The translations under genes were made by a program, and so were the position numbers. 64,000 nucleotides of DNA, taken from assembly GCA_963668355.1 (NCBI GenBank), contig OY764265.1, positions 2,720,001 through 2,784,000 on the forward strand, written 5' to 3'. Position 1 is the first letter of the stretch, and each line of letters starts with the position of its first letter. The notes under the pieces were generated by a model, which was given only the letters and a program-made list of their open reading frames with translations, was not told the DNA's origin and did no database searches. This stretch comes from Bdellovibrionota bacterium (GTDB taxonomy: Bacteria; Bdellovibrionota_G; JALEGL01; DATDPG01). This document shows positions 9,883-20,030 of the stretch, in pieces.

Positions 9883-10806
9883 TCATTGAGATTCAATTTT
9901 TCGAAGGACCGAAAAAGCCAACTCGCCCACCAGGCTTAAACTTTTCACAGACACCTTATCCATCGTATCTTCTGGCGTATGCCAGTAGGTGCCTGGAGAA
10001 TCTTCTCCACCAAACGTAAAATCCATCAAATGCAAGGTAGGCACCCCCGCTTCGATCAAAGGGCGATGATCATCATCCACCCATTTGGGAACCGTATCCA
10101 GGACCTCCGTCGCCCCCAACTCCTGTGCAGCCGCCTGGAGGAAGCCCCTCAAGCGTTCATCACTTCGAGGCTCATGGATCAGTTTTAAATCGCGATCTCC
10201 AATCATGTCCAACACCAAGGCTGCCCGGACGGGCTTTCCGGAACCCAATTGACTGGCTAAATGCCGACTCCCATAAAGGCTGTCGGCCTCGGTCCAGGTT
10301 TCAAAAGACTCCTCCCCGTCCACAAACACGATTTCAACATCATCCGCGAATCCTTGTTCCCGAATTCGTGGCGTCAGAGCCATCAAAAGAGCCACAGCCG
10401 AAGCCGAGTCATTGGCCCCAACAAAATCGAAACCCAAAAACCGTTTGCTCTCATAATGAGCTAGGAGCAGAATTCGATTTTCCCGGTTTCTCCCAGGAAT
10501 CACATAGGAAAGATTGACCATTTCAATTTCGCCGATGGGGGTGGAGGCCAAAAACGTGTCTCGTGAAACCGGTAACCCCTCGTCTGAGATTTTTTCCGAA
10601 ATCCAAGCACGTACCCGTTCGAGAGTCGCGGATCCCGATGGCCGGGGACCAAAAGAAACCATTTCGTACGTAAGATCATGAGCCACCTGGCCGGTGGACG
10701 TGTTTAAATCCCTGGAGCTAGAGCAGCGGGACCCCGTGCATGAAACCACGACCAAGGCCAAAAAAACGAATCGAACCCAACCCGAACCATGAAGCATGTA
10801 TTTCAT
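9883..10806 (-). CDS. M28 family metallopeptidase / glutaminyl cyclase-like lipoprotein
   Basis: LAHYES, GANDSAS, DGEE, LDMIG, DDH and YWHT motifs; VVSC lipobox. Confidence 0.85.
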   Translation of the reverse strand: MKYMLHGSGWVRFVFLALVVVSCTGSRCSSSRDLNTSTGQVAHDLTYEMVSFGPRPSGSATLERVRAWISEKISDEGLPVSRDTFLASTPIGEIEMVNLSYVIPGRNRENRILLLAHYESKRFLGFDFVGANDSASAVALLMALTPRIREQGFADDVEIVFVDGEESFETWTEADSLYGSRHLASQLGSGKPVRAALVLDMIGDRDLKLIHEPRSDERLRGFLQAAAQELGATEVLDTVPKWVDDDHRPLIEAGVPTLHLMDFTFGGEDSPGTYWHTPEDTMDKVSVKSLSLVGELAFSVLRKIESQ

Positions 10807-11621
10807 CGAATTTCGTGAACATTACTTTCACTGGAAATGCGGTCAATTTTTTCCAGAGATTTTTTGACCCGCCGTTTTTTCCGGACTTTTTTATACGCTC
10901 GAACTGGATGGGGAATCACATATTGTTCGATGGGGCCGGACAAAAGATAAATACATCCAATGAGATACAAGACCCACCAAGGCCGAGTCGCCCAAATCGT
11001 CAACCCAAACATAAAAAGGACCAAATACGAAAATGAATGGCGACGCGTGAGGTTTAAACTTTTAAAGCTCCGGTAACGAATATTGCTGACCATCAATAAA
11101 GCCAACAGGTAGGTCAACAACAGAAAATGGGGTTTGTGCGTAGCCGTTTCACCATCCCAAATCAAAACCGATCCCACCATCATGAGAGCCGCCATGGGAA
11201 TGGGAAGTCCTTGGAAAAACCGGCTTTCAACGTTTTTTGCTTGGACATTGAACCGGGCCAATCGAAGGGCCCCACAGGCCAAATAGAGGAAACAAGCCAG
11301 CCACCCGATCCGGTCAAACTCCCGAAGAGCCCAAGCATAAAGAATAAATGCCGGGGCCACCCCAAACGAGACCAAGTCAGAAAGAGAGTCAAACTCCATT
11401 CCAAACCGAGACTCCGTTTTCGTTCGCCGAGCTACGCGACCATCCATCCCATCAAAAATCGCAGCCAAGATAATGGCGAAGGCGCATCGACCGAAGTCTG
11501 TGCCCCCCCTCATCACAATCATGAATGCATGAATGATAGCGTAAAAGCCGCAAAAAAGGCTCGCCGCCGTAAACAAATTCGGAAGAATATATACCCCACG
11601 TCGAATCTCACTCATGCCCAT
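10803..11621 (-). CDS. pssA: CDP-diacylglycerol--serine O-phosphatidyltransferase
   Basis: LPNLFT, DGMDGRVAR...FGMEFDSLSDLVSFGVAP, LRLARFN. Confidence 0.95.
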   Translation of the reverse strand: MGMSEIRRGVYILPNLFTAASLFCGFYAIIHAFMIVMRGGTDFGRCAFAIILAAIFDGMDGRVARRTKTESRFGMEFDSLSDLVSFGVAPAFILYAWALREFDRIGWLACFLYLACGALRLARFNVQAKNVESRFFQGLPIPMAALMMVGSVLIWDGETATHKPHFLLLTYLLALLMVSNIRYRSFKSLNLTRRHSFSYLVLFMFGLTIWATRPWWVLYLIGCIYLLSGPIEQYVIPHPVRAYKKVRKKRRVKKSLEKIDRISSESNVHEIR

Positions 11622-12313
11622 CTCCCTAACACAGAAGAACCCGCTCTAACCGTTTCTCCAAGCTTTGTCACGATCTCCGTTCCTTTGGGCAAGTAAAGGT
11701 CCACCCGAGACCCAAACCGAATCAGACCAAAACGTTTTCCCCTTGGAATGGATTCATTCAGAGACAAGCGATTGATGATTCGTCGAGCCACCAATCCCGC
11801 AATTTGAACCCATACGACATCTTTCCCCGATGGCGTTTTCAACCAAACAGTAGACTGCTCATTCAAGAGAGAAGCCTTTTCAGCGTAGGCCGCAAAATAT
11901 TTTCCAGGATTGTAATGGATGCCGCGAACGACCCCCGCACACGGAATGCGGTTCACATGCACATTGAATACCGACATGAAGATGGAAACGCGAACCGCCG
12001 GACCGTCCACCAATCGGGGATAGTCCATTTCTTGAATGCCAATGACTTTTCCATCCGCTGGGGACAAAATGGCTTTCGGATCTTCTGGACCGTGTCTTTC
12101 CGGATCTCGAAAGAAGCTCACCACCCAGATCGTCAATCCCGCAAAAAGGGCTCCCCACATCCAGTGGGTCCAGACCAAGAGGCCCAGATTGATCAAAAGG
12201 GCGAGAACGATGAACGGATAGCCATCCAGACAAACCCCCAAAAATCGACGAACATGAGGTTTGCGAGGCGAGGTTTCGGTTTCTGTGTCGTTCGCTATGG
12301 CATTTTCAGGCAA
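11612..12313 (-). CDS. psd: phosphatidylserine decarboxylase proenzyme
   Basis: FFRDPER, SPADG, IFMSVFNVHVNR and RFGSRVDLYLP (self-cleavage GS). Confidence 0.94.
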   Translation of the reverse strand: MPENAIANDTETETSPRKPHVRRFLGVCLDGYPFIVLALLINLGLLVWTHWMWGALFAGLTIWVVSFFRDPERHGPEDPKAILSPADGKVIGIQEMDYPRLVDGPAVRVSIFMSVFNVHVNRIPCAGVVRGIHYNPGKYFAAYAEKASLLNEQSTVWLKTPSGKDVVWVQIAGLVARRIINRLSLNESIPRGKRFGLIRFGSRVDLYLPKGTEIVTKLGETVRAGSSVLGRWA

Positions 12314-12554
12314 ATGCGACTCCGACCCCGGAATCCTGTGCCCTTCGAAGAATTTCTTCCATTCGATCTTTCTGCTGGAGCTTCCGTTTCTGAATGTTTT
12401 TTCGCTTCATCTCGTCTTCAGGAGTTAATTTCACACGCCCATTGAACCCCGCCAATTGTTCTTCTAGCACTTGGTGTTCTTGATGCAACTTCTTGAATTC
12501 GTGGTCATTTTCCAAAAGTGTCGCGACAAGAAGGGTTCGTTGGGATTGTGTCAT
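12306..12554 (-). CDS. DUF465/YdcH-family small coiled-coil protein
   Basis: F..L..EH..L...KRKLQQKDRM pattern with an AGGAGG RBS. Confidence 0.75.
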   Translation of the reverse strand: MTQSQRTLLVATLLENDHEFKKLHQEHQVLEEQLAGFNGRVKLTPEDEMKRKNIQKRKLQQKDRMEEILRRAQDSGVGVAFA

Positions 12555-12749
12555 AGATTACCTCCTGAAAAGTGGAAAAAAATCACGTTATTTGAATGAT
12601 TATAGCATTCCAATAACCCGATTCTACCCCTAATCTCACACGATCCACCTTCGAAAACGGCAGGGGCCGATCCATGCCCCACGTGCCCAAATTTCGCCGA
12701 ACCGTCAATTTTTTTCTGTTTATTTTCAATAACTTAAGCTCGTCCCCCC

Positions 12750-12764
12750 TGGTACGTGACTTGC
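12750..12764 (+). promoter_or_regulatory. sigma54 -24/-12 promoter (TGGTAC-gtgac-TTGC) for the M23 peptidase gene
   Basis: GG-N10-GC spacing, 29 nt upstream of ATG 12794; IHF-like TTTCAATAACTTA just upstream. Confidence 0.7.
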
Positions 12765-12793
12765 TATTTATAGAGACTGGAGAACCGATAGGC

Positions 12794-13882
12794 ATGAAGG
12801 TGATTTGTCAAAAATGCAAACATGAATTCGATGTCCCCACTGCGTCCGTCGGAAAAGTCGAATTTTCGCAATGCCGAAATCTGTTCCGCGTGACCTACAA
12901 ACTTCGAATCCCTTGCGAAAACTGCAAATCGCTCCTTCAACTTTCTCCCGGCGAGCCTGATCAGGCCATTGGAACACCCATTCCCTTCGATTTTGACGAA
13001 GTCACCGAGCAAAGTTTGGTCTCGGAAATCGACCCCTTGGAAAAAACGCTTCCCAGAACAGAACTTCCAAAAACCAACGCAGACCCCCTACCCACCGTCC
13101 GATTGAGTCGGACCGTCAAAAAGCAGATTGAACCCCAAAGCCGAGCTTTTCGAATCATCGAGGGAACCATACGGCGCCCCAGTCCCGTCCACGTCGCGCT
13201 TCGCCAAAACAAAAAAGTGGAATTGCCCTATCTCAAAATTCTCATCGCCGGAGTCATTTTTCTGGGTGCCACCACGACCTTGGCCCTTACGCTCTTGGCG
13301 ATGCGGCAGAAACCGAGACCAACGCCCGCTTCCTTGAATTCTTCCCCAGCACACGTCGAAAAAGCCGCCGTTCAAAAAGACGTTCCGCTGTCCGAAAAAT
13401 ATTCCGTGAAAGAGGGAGCGGTCGGCGGTCCCTATGAGCCGGTGGAAGCGAAAACCGCCAGCGTGCATACCCCGACATTCTATGTTCCCCACATCGATGA
13501 CCTTTCCTCCAAATTCGGCGTTCGCAAAGATCCCATTTTCGGACATGAAGCTTTTCACGGAGGAATCGACCTCGCCGTTCACAGCCGAGCCGAAATCCCT
13601 GCAGCATCCGACGGCGAAATTGTTTATTCCGGCTGGAAAGGCGGTTACGGAAACACCGTGATCATTCGACACAAGAATGGTTATGAAACCATCTATGGAC
13701 ATATGACACAAAGGCTTGTGTTAAAAGGGGCTCACGTTCGTCAGGGAGATCCCATCGGATTGGTGGGTTCCACAGGGCGTTCTACCGGAAATCACATTCA
13801 CTTTGAGGTTCGCAAGGATGGGCAGCGCGTAGATCCCCTTCGCCTCGATCTATCCAAGACCCTTCCGAAAAAAACCGGATAA
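12794..13882 (+). CDS. M23 family peptidoglycan endopeptidase with an N-terminal zinc-ribbon-like region and a single TM helix
   Basis: CQKC...CENC, then TM, then HGGID...GYGN...YGH...STG.STGNHIHFEV. Confidence 0.88.
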   Translation: MKVICQKCKHEFDVPTASVGKVEFSQCRNLFRVTYKLRIPCENCKSLLQLSPGEPDQAIGTPIPFDFDEVTEQSLVSEIDPLEKTLPRTELPKTNADPLPTVRLSRTVKKQIEPQSRAFRIIEGTIRRPSPVHVALRQNKKVELPYLKILIAGVIFLGATTTLALTLLAMRQKPRPTPASLNSSPAHVEKAAVQKDVPLSEKYSVKEGAVGGPYEPVEAKTASVHTPTFYVPHIDDLSSKFGVRKDPIFGHEAFHGGIDLAVHSRAEIPAASDGEIVYSGWKGGYGNTVIIRHKNGYETIYGHMTQRLVLKGAHVRQGDPIGLVGSTGRSTGNHIHFEVRKDGQRVDPLRLDLSKTLPKKTG

Positions 13883-13890
13883 AGACGACC

Positions 13891-14325
13891 TTATTTTCTC
13901 TTCTTCTTGCACGTTTTGCAGAGACCGTAGAGTTCCATTTTATGGAAGGATAATTCGAAACCATGCGTTTTGGCTTCTTTGTTCTGAAGTTTTTCGATGC
14001 CTGAATTGAAGAACTCGATGACTTTTCCACAGGAAGTGCAAACCAAGTGGTCATGATGCTCAATGCGGCTTCTTTCATAAGCCACTTCCCCCATGCCAAA
14101 GTCACGCCGCTGCGCGAGCCCACTTTCTTTTAATAAACTTAACGTTCGATAAACCGTGGCAATTCCAATTCGAGAATCAATCTTTTGAACTTTTCGAAAA
14201 AAATCATCCACGCTGATGTGGCCCGAAATCTGAAAAAACTCTCTGGCCACCAATTCTCTTTGCCTGGAATAGCGGTATCCGTTGTCGGAAAGAAAATCTT
14301 TAAAATTCCGCATCCAGCTATTCAT
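13891..14325 (-). CDS. fur: Fur family transcriptional regulator
   Basis: IGIATVYRTL, HHDHLVCTSCG, CKTC. Confidence 0.92.
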   Translation of the reverse strand: MNSWMRNFKDFLSDNGYRYSRQRELVAREFFQISGHISVDDFFRKVQKIDSRIGIATVYRTLSLLKESGLAQRRDFGMGEVAYERSRIEHHDHLVCTSCGKVIEFFNSGIEKLQNKEAKTHGFELSFHKMELYGLCKTCKKKRK

Positions 14326-14363
14326 GGGAAAATAGAATTACCAAAGATTCTTGGTGGAGTAAA

Positions 14364-14900
14364 TTACAGGCCTTCCGACGGAGAAGAATTGATCTCACTA
14401 TCCGCTAACATAAGTTCCCGAAGTTCTTCTCGGCATTGTTGCGCGTCAGCTTTCAAATCCCTGGATTCCAATTCTTTTACCAATTCTCCCAAGGCATAAA
14501 TCCGATCTTCCCTGCGTTCCCCCTGAAATGCGATTTTTCGCATCATTAAGAAGCGTCTTCGCTCGGCCTCAAATCGTTCCGTTCGCATGCCCAACATACG
14601 GTAAATAGAGGCCATTAAACTCAGTGCCCATGCAGACTCTCGTGTCATAGAATAAAGGATGACCACTTTGTGAAGCCAATCCAAGCTGACTTTGAATTCA
14701 TTCGACCATAGATAGCTCGAACCCAGGCCACACATTGCAGCTGGACTAATATATGGATCCCCGAGCGCAGCCAGACGCAAAAGCATTCGTTGCCCCCTCT
14801 CTCGGGTTTTCTCTCTTTGAGAGAGAAGCATCGCCTTTCGGAGAGAGCACAGATACTCATCCTTTACATGGGCAGGAAAACTGGAATTTAAGTCCCACAT
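14364..14900 (-). CDS. hypothetical helical (TPR-like) protein
   Basis: Fills the comEC-fur gap with a helical-repeat-like pattern. Start ATG 14900 chosen for the TATAAT 9 nt upstream; the ORF track extends to 14954. Confidence 0.6.
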   Translation of the reverse strand: MWDLNSSFPAHVKDEYLCSLRKAMLLSQREKTRERGQRMLLRLAALGDPYISPAAMCGLGSSYLWSNEFKVSLDWLHKVVILYSMTRESAWALSLMASIYRMLGMRTERFEAERRRFLMMRKIAFQGERREDRIYALGELVKELESRDLKADAQQCREELRELMLADSEINSSPSEGL

Positions 14901-14991
14901 CCTTCTTTTATTATATCTTGGAGAGGACCCGGAAAGATAGTTGACAATTTCCACAAGAGTTTTGAAGAAAATCGCTCAGAGAGAAGACATA

Positions 14992-17355
14992 TTATAAATG
15001 ATTTTTACAATCCCGGACAGAGACAAGATCGTAACGTGCTTTCTTTATTGGGAAAAGACTGACTTGCCCACAGAGATCACCCCTCCATATAGTTAAACCT
15101 GAGTTTCTCAAACGATTCAAAACCTCTTTGGCAGGATGCCCATAGGAGTTTTTCCATCCTGCAGGGATGACAGCTTCCTTCGCGGCTATGAACTCCAAAA
15201 ACGGACGGGAGGTGGATCGTCGGCTTCCGTGGTGCGCTACTTTTAAGACTTCGCTCTTTAGAAGGGCCCTTTTCTTCTTCATCAAACGATCTTCTCCCAG
15301 ATGCTCGATATCCCCTGTGAACAACACCCGAGTTCCATTCATCGTGGCCTGCAAAACAATGGAACTTTCGTTGTCTGAAGAAGAACCCTCCCATTGATCC
15401 GAAGGAGGATGAAAAACCCTTAGACTCAAGTTTCCGATTTCCTCGTGCCATCCATCTCGAACACGTCTAACCCCCACCCCAAGATCCTTGGAAAGGGAGA
15501 TGATTTCTTCCATCGCGGGCCCAACGGCTTTTTGGACAGGAATCCAGACATCATGAACCGTCATCCCCTTTAAAACCGTCTTGGCCCCTCCAATATGATC
15601 CATATCTTCATGGGTCAAGATCATGAGTTCCAACTCTCGGTAGCCATGCTTTCGCAGCCAGGGCAGTAAAATCTTTTCTCCCGCGTCTTCACTGTACAAC
15701 CCCCCTCTCCCCGCATCCACCAAGGCCACTTTTCTGTCATTCGTGATCATCAAAGCGGCATCTCCTTGGCCTACATGGAGAAAATGAATTCCTGGGTTTT
15801 GAAAAACGGATTCAATAAGAAAAGAAAAGAACCCAATCGCCAGAGCCCCCGCAATCAAAAGAAGGCTCGTTTTCATTTTCTTGTAGAAGGCATAAAAAAC
15901 CAAAACCACAGCGAGAAGCACAAAACCAAACTGAATTCGAGATATCCAAACATCACTTCCTGGAAGATGAATACTCGACTCCGCCAAAAACAAAAATGCA
16001 GAAAGCCATAAGTCTAGAATCCTAAACAACCAACTCGCAATGAACATCCAAAGGGGACTGATGAGAATCGCCAATAACCCCAACGGAATTCCCACGCCTC
16101 CCAACAAAGGAACAAAAATCATATTTGCCAGAGGAGACCAGAGGGTTACCTGGCCAAAGTGCCAAACCAAAATCGGAAACGTCGCCAACCAGGCTCCCAA
16201 AGAAACCCAGAACAATTGTCTCAATTTCCCCTTCTGGGGAAACCAGCAAGATTGCATTACGAGAGCTATTCCGAGAACAGCGGAAAAGGACAGTTGCGCC
16301 GACACGTCGAACAAAAACAACGGCTGAAACAGAAGACAGAAGAAAGCCGCAACCAAACAAACATTCAAGACCTTTCGCGTTCGTGCAAAAAACAACGCCA
16401 ACAGACCTAGGCCAAAAAAGATGAGCGCTCTCACGGTGGAAATGGGTAAATCGGTCAGGCTCGCATAAAAGAAAGCTCCCAGAAAAGCAGCCACTCCCTG
16501 AACCTTTCTCAAAGGGAAAAACTCAATTAATCGATGAGAGCACCTCCATCCCATGCCGAACAACCAACCAAAAAACAGTGCCACCACCCCCACGTGGAAT
16601 CCCGAGACGACCAACAAATGGATGATTCCCGCTCTTCGAAACGCATGGACAATTTCTTCAGAAACTTCGGACCGATTCCCAAAAAGCATGGCCTGGAAAA
16701 TTCCAAACCCGTTTTCCGTCATATTGGCTCTTCCAAGGATTTGGGCTGATTCTCGGATTCCATTGAAGAAGTCTTGAAGGAATCCCACAGAACCTCTCTT
16801 GCAAATCAAATCATGGGAGCCTGAGATTACTCCTTGAAAAGAGATTCCACGGGTTTTGGCGTAGGTTTCTCGGTCGAACTCCCATTCGTTCCCATAATTT
16901 CGCGCCGTTTTGAGTTTGGTTCTGAAAAACACACGCTCCCCTTTTCGAGGAACGGAGTCTGAGAGAGAAAAGAGCCGAACTCTTTCGAAATGTCCGCTTC
17001 CCTCCAAGGAAACATCAAATGCAATGCCACGCGGGGAAAGTTTTTTTGGATAGGTTTGAACCACTCCCTCAAACCAAACTTTTTCTGAACTCAATCGACT
17101 ACCGGGAGAAAAACCTGTTTCCTTAACACTTTGAACACGCCAAAAACCGAGGAAAAAGAAAAACAAAAATACACCGCCCAGAGCCAAGGTTTCTTTCTTC
17201 CCAAACCAAGCCGCCCACGCTCCCAATAAAAGAACCCCAGGAATCCAAAATGGAAGCGAATCCGCAACAAGGTCACCCAAAAGAATTCCGGCCGTCAAAG
17301 CCAAAAAATTCGATAAAAGCAGTCGACTGCCCCTAATTCTGACGGAAAAAGGCAT
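14992..17355 (-). CDS. comEC: DNA internalization competence protein ComEC/Rec2
   Basis: HLLVVSGFHV, QLSF, and metallo-beta-lactamase motifs VGQGDA, THEDMDHIGG, KVAHHGS, YGHP. Confidence 0.93.
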   Translation of the reverse strand: MPFSVRIRGSRLLLSNFLALTAGILLGDLVADSLPFWIPGVLLLGAWAAWFGKKETLALGGVFLFFFFLGFWRVQSVKETGFSPGSRLSSEKVWFEGVVQTYPKKLSPRGIAFDVSLEGSGHFERVRLFSLSDSVPRKGERVFFRTKLKTARNYGNEWEFDRETYAKTRGISFQGVISGSHDLICKRGSVGFLQDFFNGIRESAQILGRANMTENGFGIFQAMLFGNRSEVSEEIVHAFRRAGIIHLLVVSGFHVGVVALFFGWLFGMGWRCSHRLIEFFPLRKVQGVAAFLGAFFYASLTDLPISTVRALIFFGLGLLALFFARTRKVLNVCLVAAFFCLLFQPLFLFDVSAQLSFSAVLGIALVMQSCWFPQKGKLRQLFWVSLGAWLATFPILVWHFGQVTLWSPLANMIFVPLLGGVGIPLGLLAILISPLWMFIASWLFRILDLWLSAFLFLAESSIHLPGSDVWISRIQFGFVLLAVVLVFYAFYKKMKTSLLLIAGALAIGFFSFLIESVFQNPGIHFLHVGQGDAALMITNDRKVALVDAGRGGLYSEDAGEKILLPWLRKHGYRELELMILTHEDMDHIGGAKTVLKGMTVHDVWIPVQKAVGPAMEEIISLSKDLGVGVRRVRDGWHEEIGNLSLRVFHPPSDQWEGSSSDNESSIVLQATMNGTRVLFTGDIEHLGEDRLMKKKRALLKSEVLKVAHHGSRRSTSRPFLEFIAAKEAVIPAGWKNSYGHPAKEVLNRLRNSGLTIWRGDLCGQVSLFPIKKARYDLVSVRDCKNHL

Positions 17356-19171
17356 GGATGGCTTTCGCTACAGTCTCTGAGATACCCGGGACTTGAAGAA
17401 GTTCAGATACCGAGGCCGACTGAATTCGATCGATGGTCCCAAACACCCCGAATAAGATTTGCTTTCGTTTGGCTCCGACCCCTGGAATTTCATTCAAAAC
17501 GGTATGCAAAGATCTTTTTCCCCGAGCCTTTCGATGCCGCGTAATTCCAAATCGATGCGCTTCATCTCTAACTCTCATCAGCAAATGCAAAACCTGTGAA
17601 GACGGTGGAAAAACCAAAGCGTTTTTTTGCCCTGGCAAAAACACTCGTTCTGGAGCGTATTTTGTGCCACTTCGACTTACAAGCTCCTTCTCTTTGGCCA
17701 GCGAACATACAGGAAGTTCATGAAGGTTTAAGGTGGATACTAAATCCGTAAGTTGGCGTAGTTGTCCTTTTCCCCCATCCACCAAAACCAAATCGGGAAA
17801 ATCTTTTCGATCCTCCTTGGAAAACCGACGCGTAAAAACCTCTTTGAGACTTGCGAAATCATTGGGCCCATTCACGGACTTGATATTGTATTGGCGGTAC
17901 AAATTCTTATCGGGTTCCCCATCCGTAAAAACCACCAAAGAGCCTACTGAATGAGTCCCTTGAAGATTGGAAATGTCGTAGCCTTCAATGCGGTGAGGGA
18001 ATTTCGACAAATGTAATTTTCTCTGCAAATCCTCTAGCAGTTTTTGATTGCCAGAACTTCGACGCTTTCGTTCCTCAAACGAAGCGAAGGCATTCCGTTC
18101 CGCCAACTTCAAAACTTTCAACGCGGTTCCTTTTCGAGGAGACTTGATTCGAATTTTTTTCCCGTGTTTCTCTAAAAACACTTCCTCAAAGGCTTTTCGA
18201 TCTGGCATCGGAATGGAAAAAATGACCTCTTGGGGAAAATCCTGGACCAAAACGCGATCGACATACACCTGTTGAAAAAAGGATCGAAGGATTTCTTCTT
18301 TTGCGGATATGGGTTCCGCCAAAAAGAACTCTTTCGACCCCATCACCCTTCCCTCTCGAATTTTTAAAATCTTGATCAGGGTTGCCTGCTGATCCCCACG
18401 TATGCCAATTGCATCGCCACTCCATGCACCTTTCCGAGATTCAACTTTCTGAGGCAACAACGAATCCTCAATAGCTCTCATGCGATCCCTGAGCCTTGCC
18501 GCATCTTCGTATCTCAACTCCTCTGAGGCATTTCCCATTTCGCCTCGGAGTCTTTTGATCAGCGTAGACTTGTCTCCTTTGATGAACTGAATGGCTTGTT
18601 GAATTTGATGGTCGTAGTCTTCAGCCGACACCTTCCCCACACAGGGAGCGGTACAACGTCGGATTTGATGTTGAAGACATGGACGCGAGCGGTTCGCAAA
18701 GAAAGAATCTGAACAATCTCGAATTTGAAAGATTTTTTGGATGGTTTTGAGCATTTCTCGCAGATCATGAGCAGAGGAAAAGGGCCCAAAGTACCGACCT
18801 CCATCTTTGGAAATCTTTCGCGTCACAAACAAGGCGGGGAATTCGTGTTTGGTCATTTTTAAGCTCACGTAGGACTTATCGTCACGGAGCATGATGTTGT
18901 ATTTCGGACGATAGGACTTGATCAGAGAGTTTTCTAAAAGAAGGGCTTCTTTCTCATTATCCGTAAGAATCCACTCGACCGTTTTAGCCAAACGTCCAAT
19001 GACGTGGACCGAGGGACGATCCTCCTTGGCCGGTCGAGTATAGGCCGGAAGGCGATTCCGAAGACTCTTGGCCTTCCCGACATACAAGACCTTCCCGGAG
19101 GCATCTTTAAAAAGATAAACGCCGGGAGACCTTGGGGCTCGGGCAATTTGTTCTCTGACCTTTAAATCCAT
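17333..19171 (-). CDS. uvrC: excinuclease ABC subunit C
   Basis: PGVYLF...YVGKAKSLR, RIEGYDIS, VDGGKGQ, RDEAHRF and HhH motifs. Start ATG 19171 after GGAGG. Confidence 0.97.
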   Translation of the reverse strand: MDLKVREQIARAPRSPGVYLFKDASGKVLYVGKAKSLRNRLPAYTRPAKEDRPSVHVIGRLAKTVEWILTDNEKEALLLENSLIKSYRPKYNIMLRDDKSYVSLKMTKHEFPALFVTRKISKDGGRYFGPFSSAHDLREMLKTIQKIFQIRDCSDSFFANRSRPCLQHQIRRCTAPCVGKVSAEDYDHQIQQAIQFIKGDKSTLIKRLRGEMGNASEELRYEDAARLRDRMRAIEDSLLPQKVESRKGAWSGDAIGIRGDQQATLIKILKIREGRVMGSKEFFLAEPISAKEEILRSFFQQVYVDRVLVQDFPQEVIFSIPMPDRKAFEEVFLEKHGKKIRIKSPRKGTALKVLKLAERNAFASFEERKRRSSGNQKLLEDLQRKLHLSKFPHRIEGYDISNLQGTHSVGSLVVFTDGEPDKNLYRQYNIKSVNGPNDFASLKEVFTRRFSKEDRKDFPDLVLVDGGKGQLRQLTDLVSTLNLHELPVCSLAKEKELVSRSGTKYAPERVFLPGQKNALVFPPSSQVLHLLMRVRDEAHRFGITRHRKARGKRSLHTVLNEIPGVGAKRKQILFGVFGTIDRIQSASVSELLQVPGISETVAKAIHAFFRQN

Positions 19172-19214
19172 GATAGAACCCTCCCCACTGTACCCTTTGC
19201 TGTTGGAGTAGGAA

Positions 19215-19628
19215 ATGAAGACGAAAACTGAGTATTTATGGTTCAAAACCGAAAAGCACCGTGACTACATTCGAATCACGGACAAAATTCAGGACATCGT
19301 GGAAGAAAGCGGAATTCAGGAGGGTATGGTTTTGGTTTCTGCCATGCACATTACGGCGGGCATCTTCGTCAACGACTGGGAAGAAGGTCTATTGGAAGAT
19401 GTCGACCAATGGTTGGAACGCCTCGCCCCATTCAAAAAAGACTACCGACACCACCGAACCGGTGAAACCAACGCCGACAGCCATATGAAAAGCCTACTGG
19501 TTCACCACGAGGTCATTTTACCCATTACCGGTGGAGAACTGGACTTGGGCACGTGGCAGCAGATCTTTTATGCAGAATTTGATGGGGAACGCAAAAAGCG
19601 CGTCATCGTCAAAGTCATGGGGGAATGA
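19215..19628 (+). CDS. YjbQ/UPF0047 family protein
   Basis: [27 protein letters not shown]. Confidence 0.92.
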   Translation: MKTKTEYLWFKTEKHRDYIRITDKIQDIVEESGIQEGMVLVSAMHITAGIFVNDWEEGLLEDVDQWLERLAPFKKDYRHHRTGETNADSHMKSLLVHHEVILPITGGELDLGTWQQIFYAEFDGERKKRVIVKVMGE

Positions 19629-19655
19629 CCTAAACAACACGGCGCGTTATCTTAA

Positions 19656-19907
19656 CCCCACCCGCTTTGCGGGTCCCCGGTTCAGGCTTCCCATTTGGAT
19701 TTAGCACCATAAAAAAAACACGCCTACGGCGTGCCTTTTTTATGGTGGGCGATACTGGGTTCACAAACTCTCGTTCGTAGACCCATTCGGTTAAGCCTGC
19801 CCCACCCGCTTCGCGGGTTCCCGGTCCAGGCTTCCCTTTTCTGATTTCGCACCATAAAAAAAACGCGCCTGCGGCGCGTCTTCTTTATGGTGGGCGATAC
19901 TGGGTTC
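19656..19907. repeat. two imperfect tandem copies (~107 bp, period ~145 bp) ending in the 3'-terminal 20 nt of tRNA-Val, each with terminator-like hairpins
   Basis: 19656-19762 aligns with 19800-19907. TGGTGGGCGATACTGGGTTC is identical at 19743-19762 and 19888-19907. Confidence 0.9.
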
Positions 19908-19962
19908 GAACCAGCGACTTCCACCGTGTGAAGGTGGCACTCTCCCACTGAGTTAATCGCCC
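19888..19962 (-). tRNA. tRNA-Val(CAC)
   Basis: 75-nt cloverleaf GGGCGAT...ATCGCCC-A-CCA; anticodon arm CCACC-TTCACAC-GGTGG; T-loop TTCGAAC. Confidence 0.97.
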
Positions 19963-19973
19963 ACGGGGATGGG

Positions 19974-20002
19974 GAAATACCGAGACTTCCCCATTTCGTC
20001 AA
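19974..20002 (-). promoter_or_regulatory. sigma70-like promoter of tRNA-Val
   Basis: TTGACG-N17-TATTTC ending 11 nt before the tRNA. Confidence 0.55.
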
Positions 20003-20030
20003 CTCCCATATTCAAGCCAAGAGATCGTCC

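Noticed and set aside
19743..19907. attL/attR pair of an integrated element at tRNA-Val
   Set aside because: Only about 125 bp separates the two tRNA-end copies and no integrase is present; reported as a tRNA-linked repeat instead.
19656..19907. CRISPR array
   Set aside because: Only two long units, no repeat-spacer periodicity of CRISPR size, and no cas genes in the window.
19724..20002. 92-aa ORF from the track
   Set aside because: It overlaps the tRNA and its repeat; a shadow ORF.
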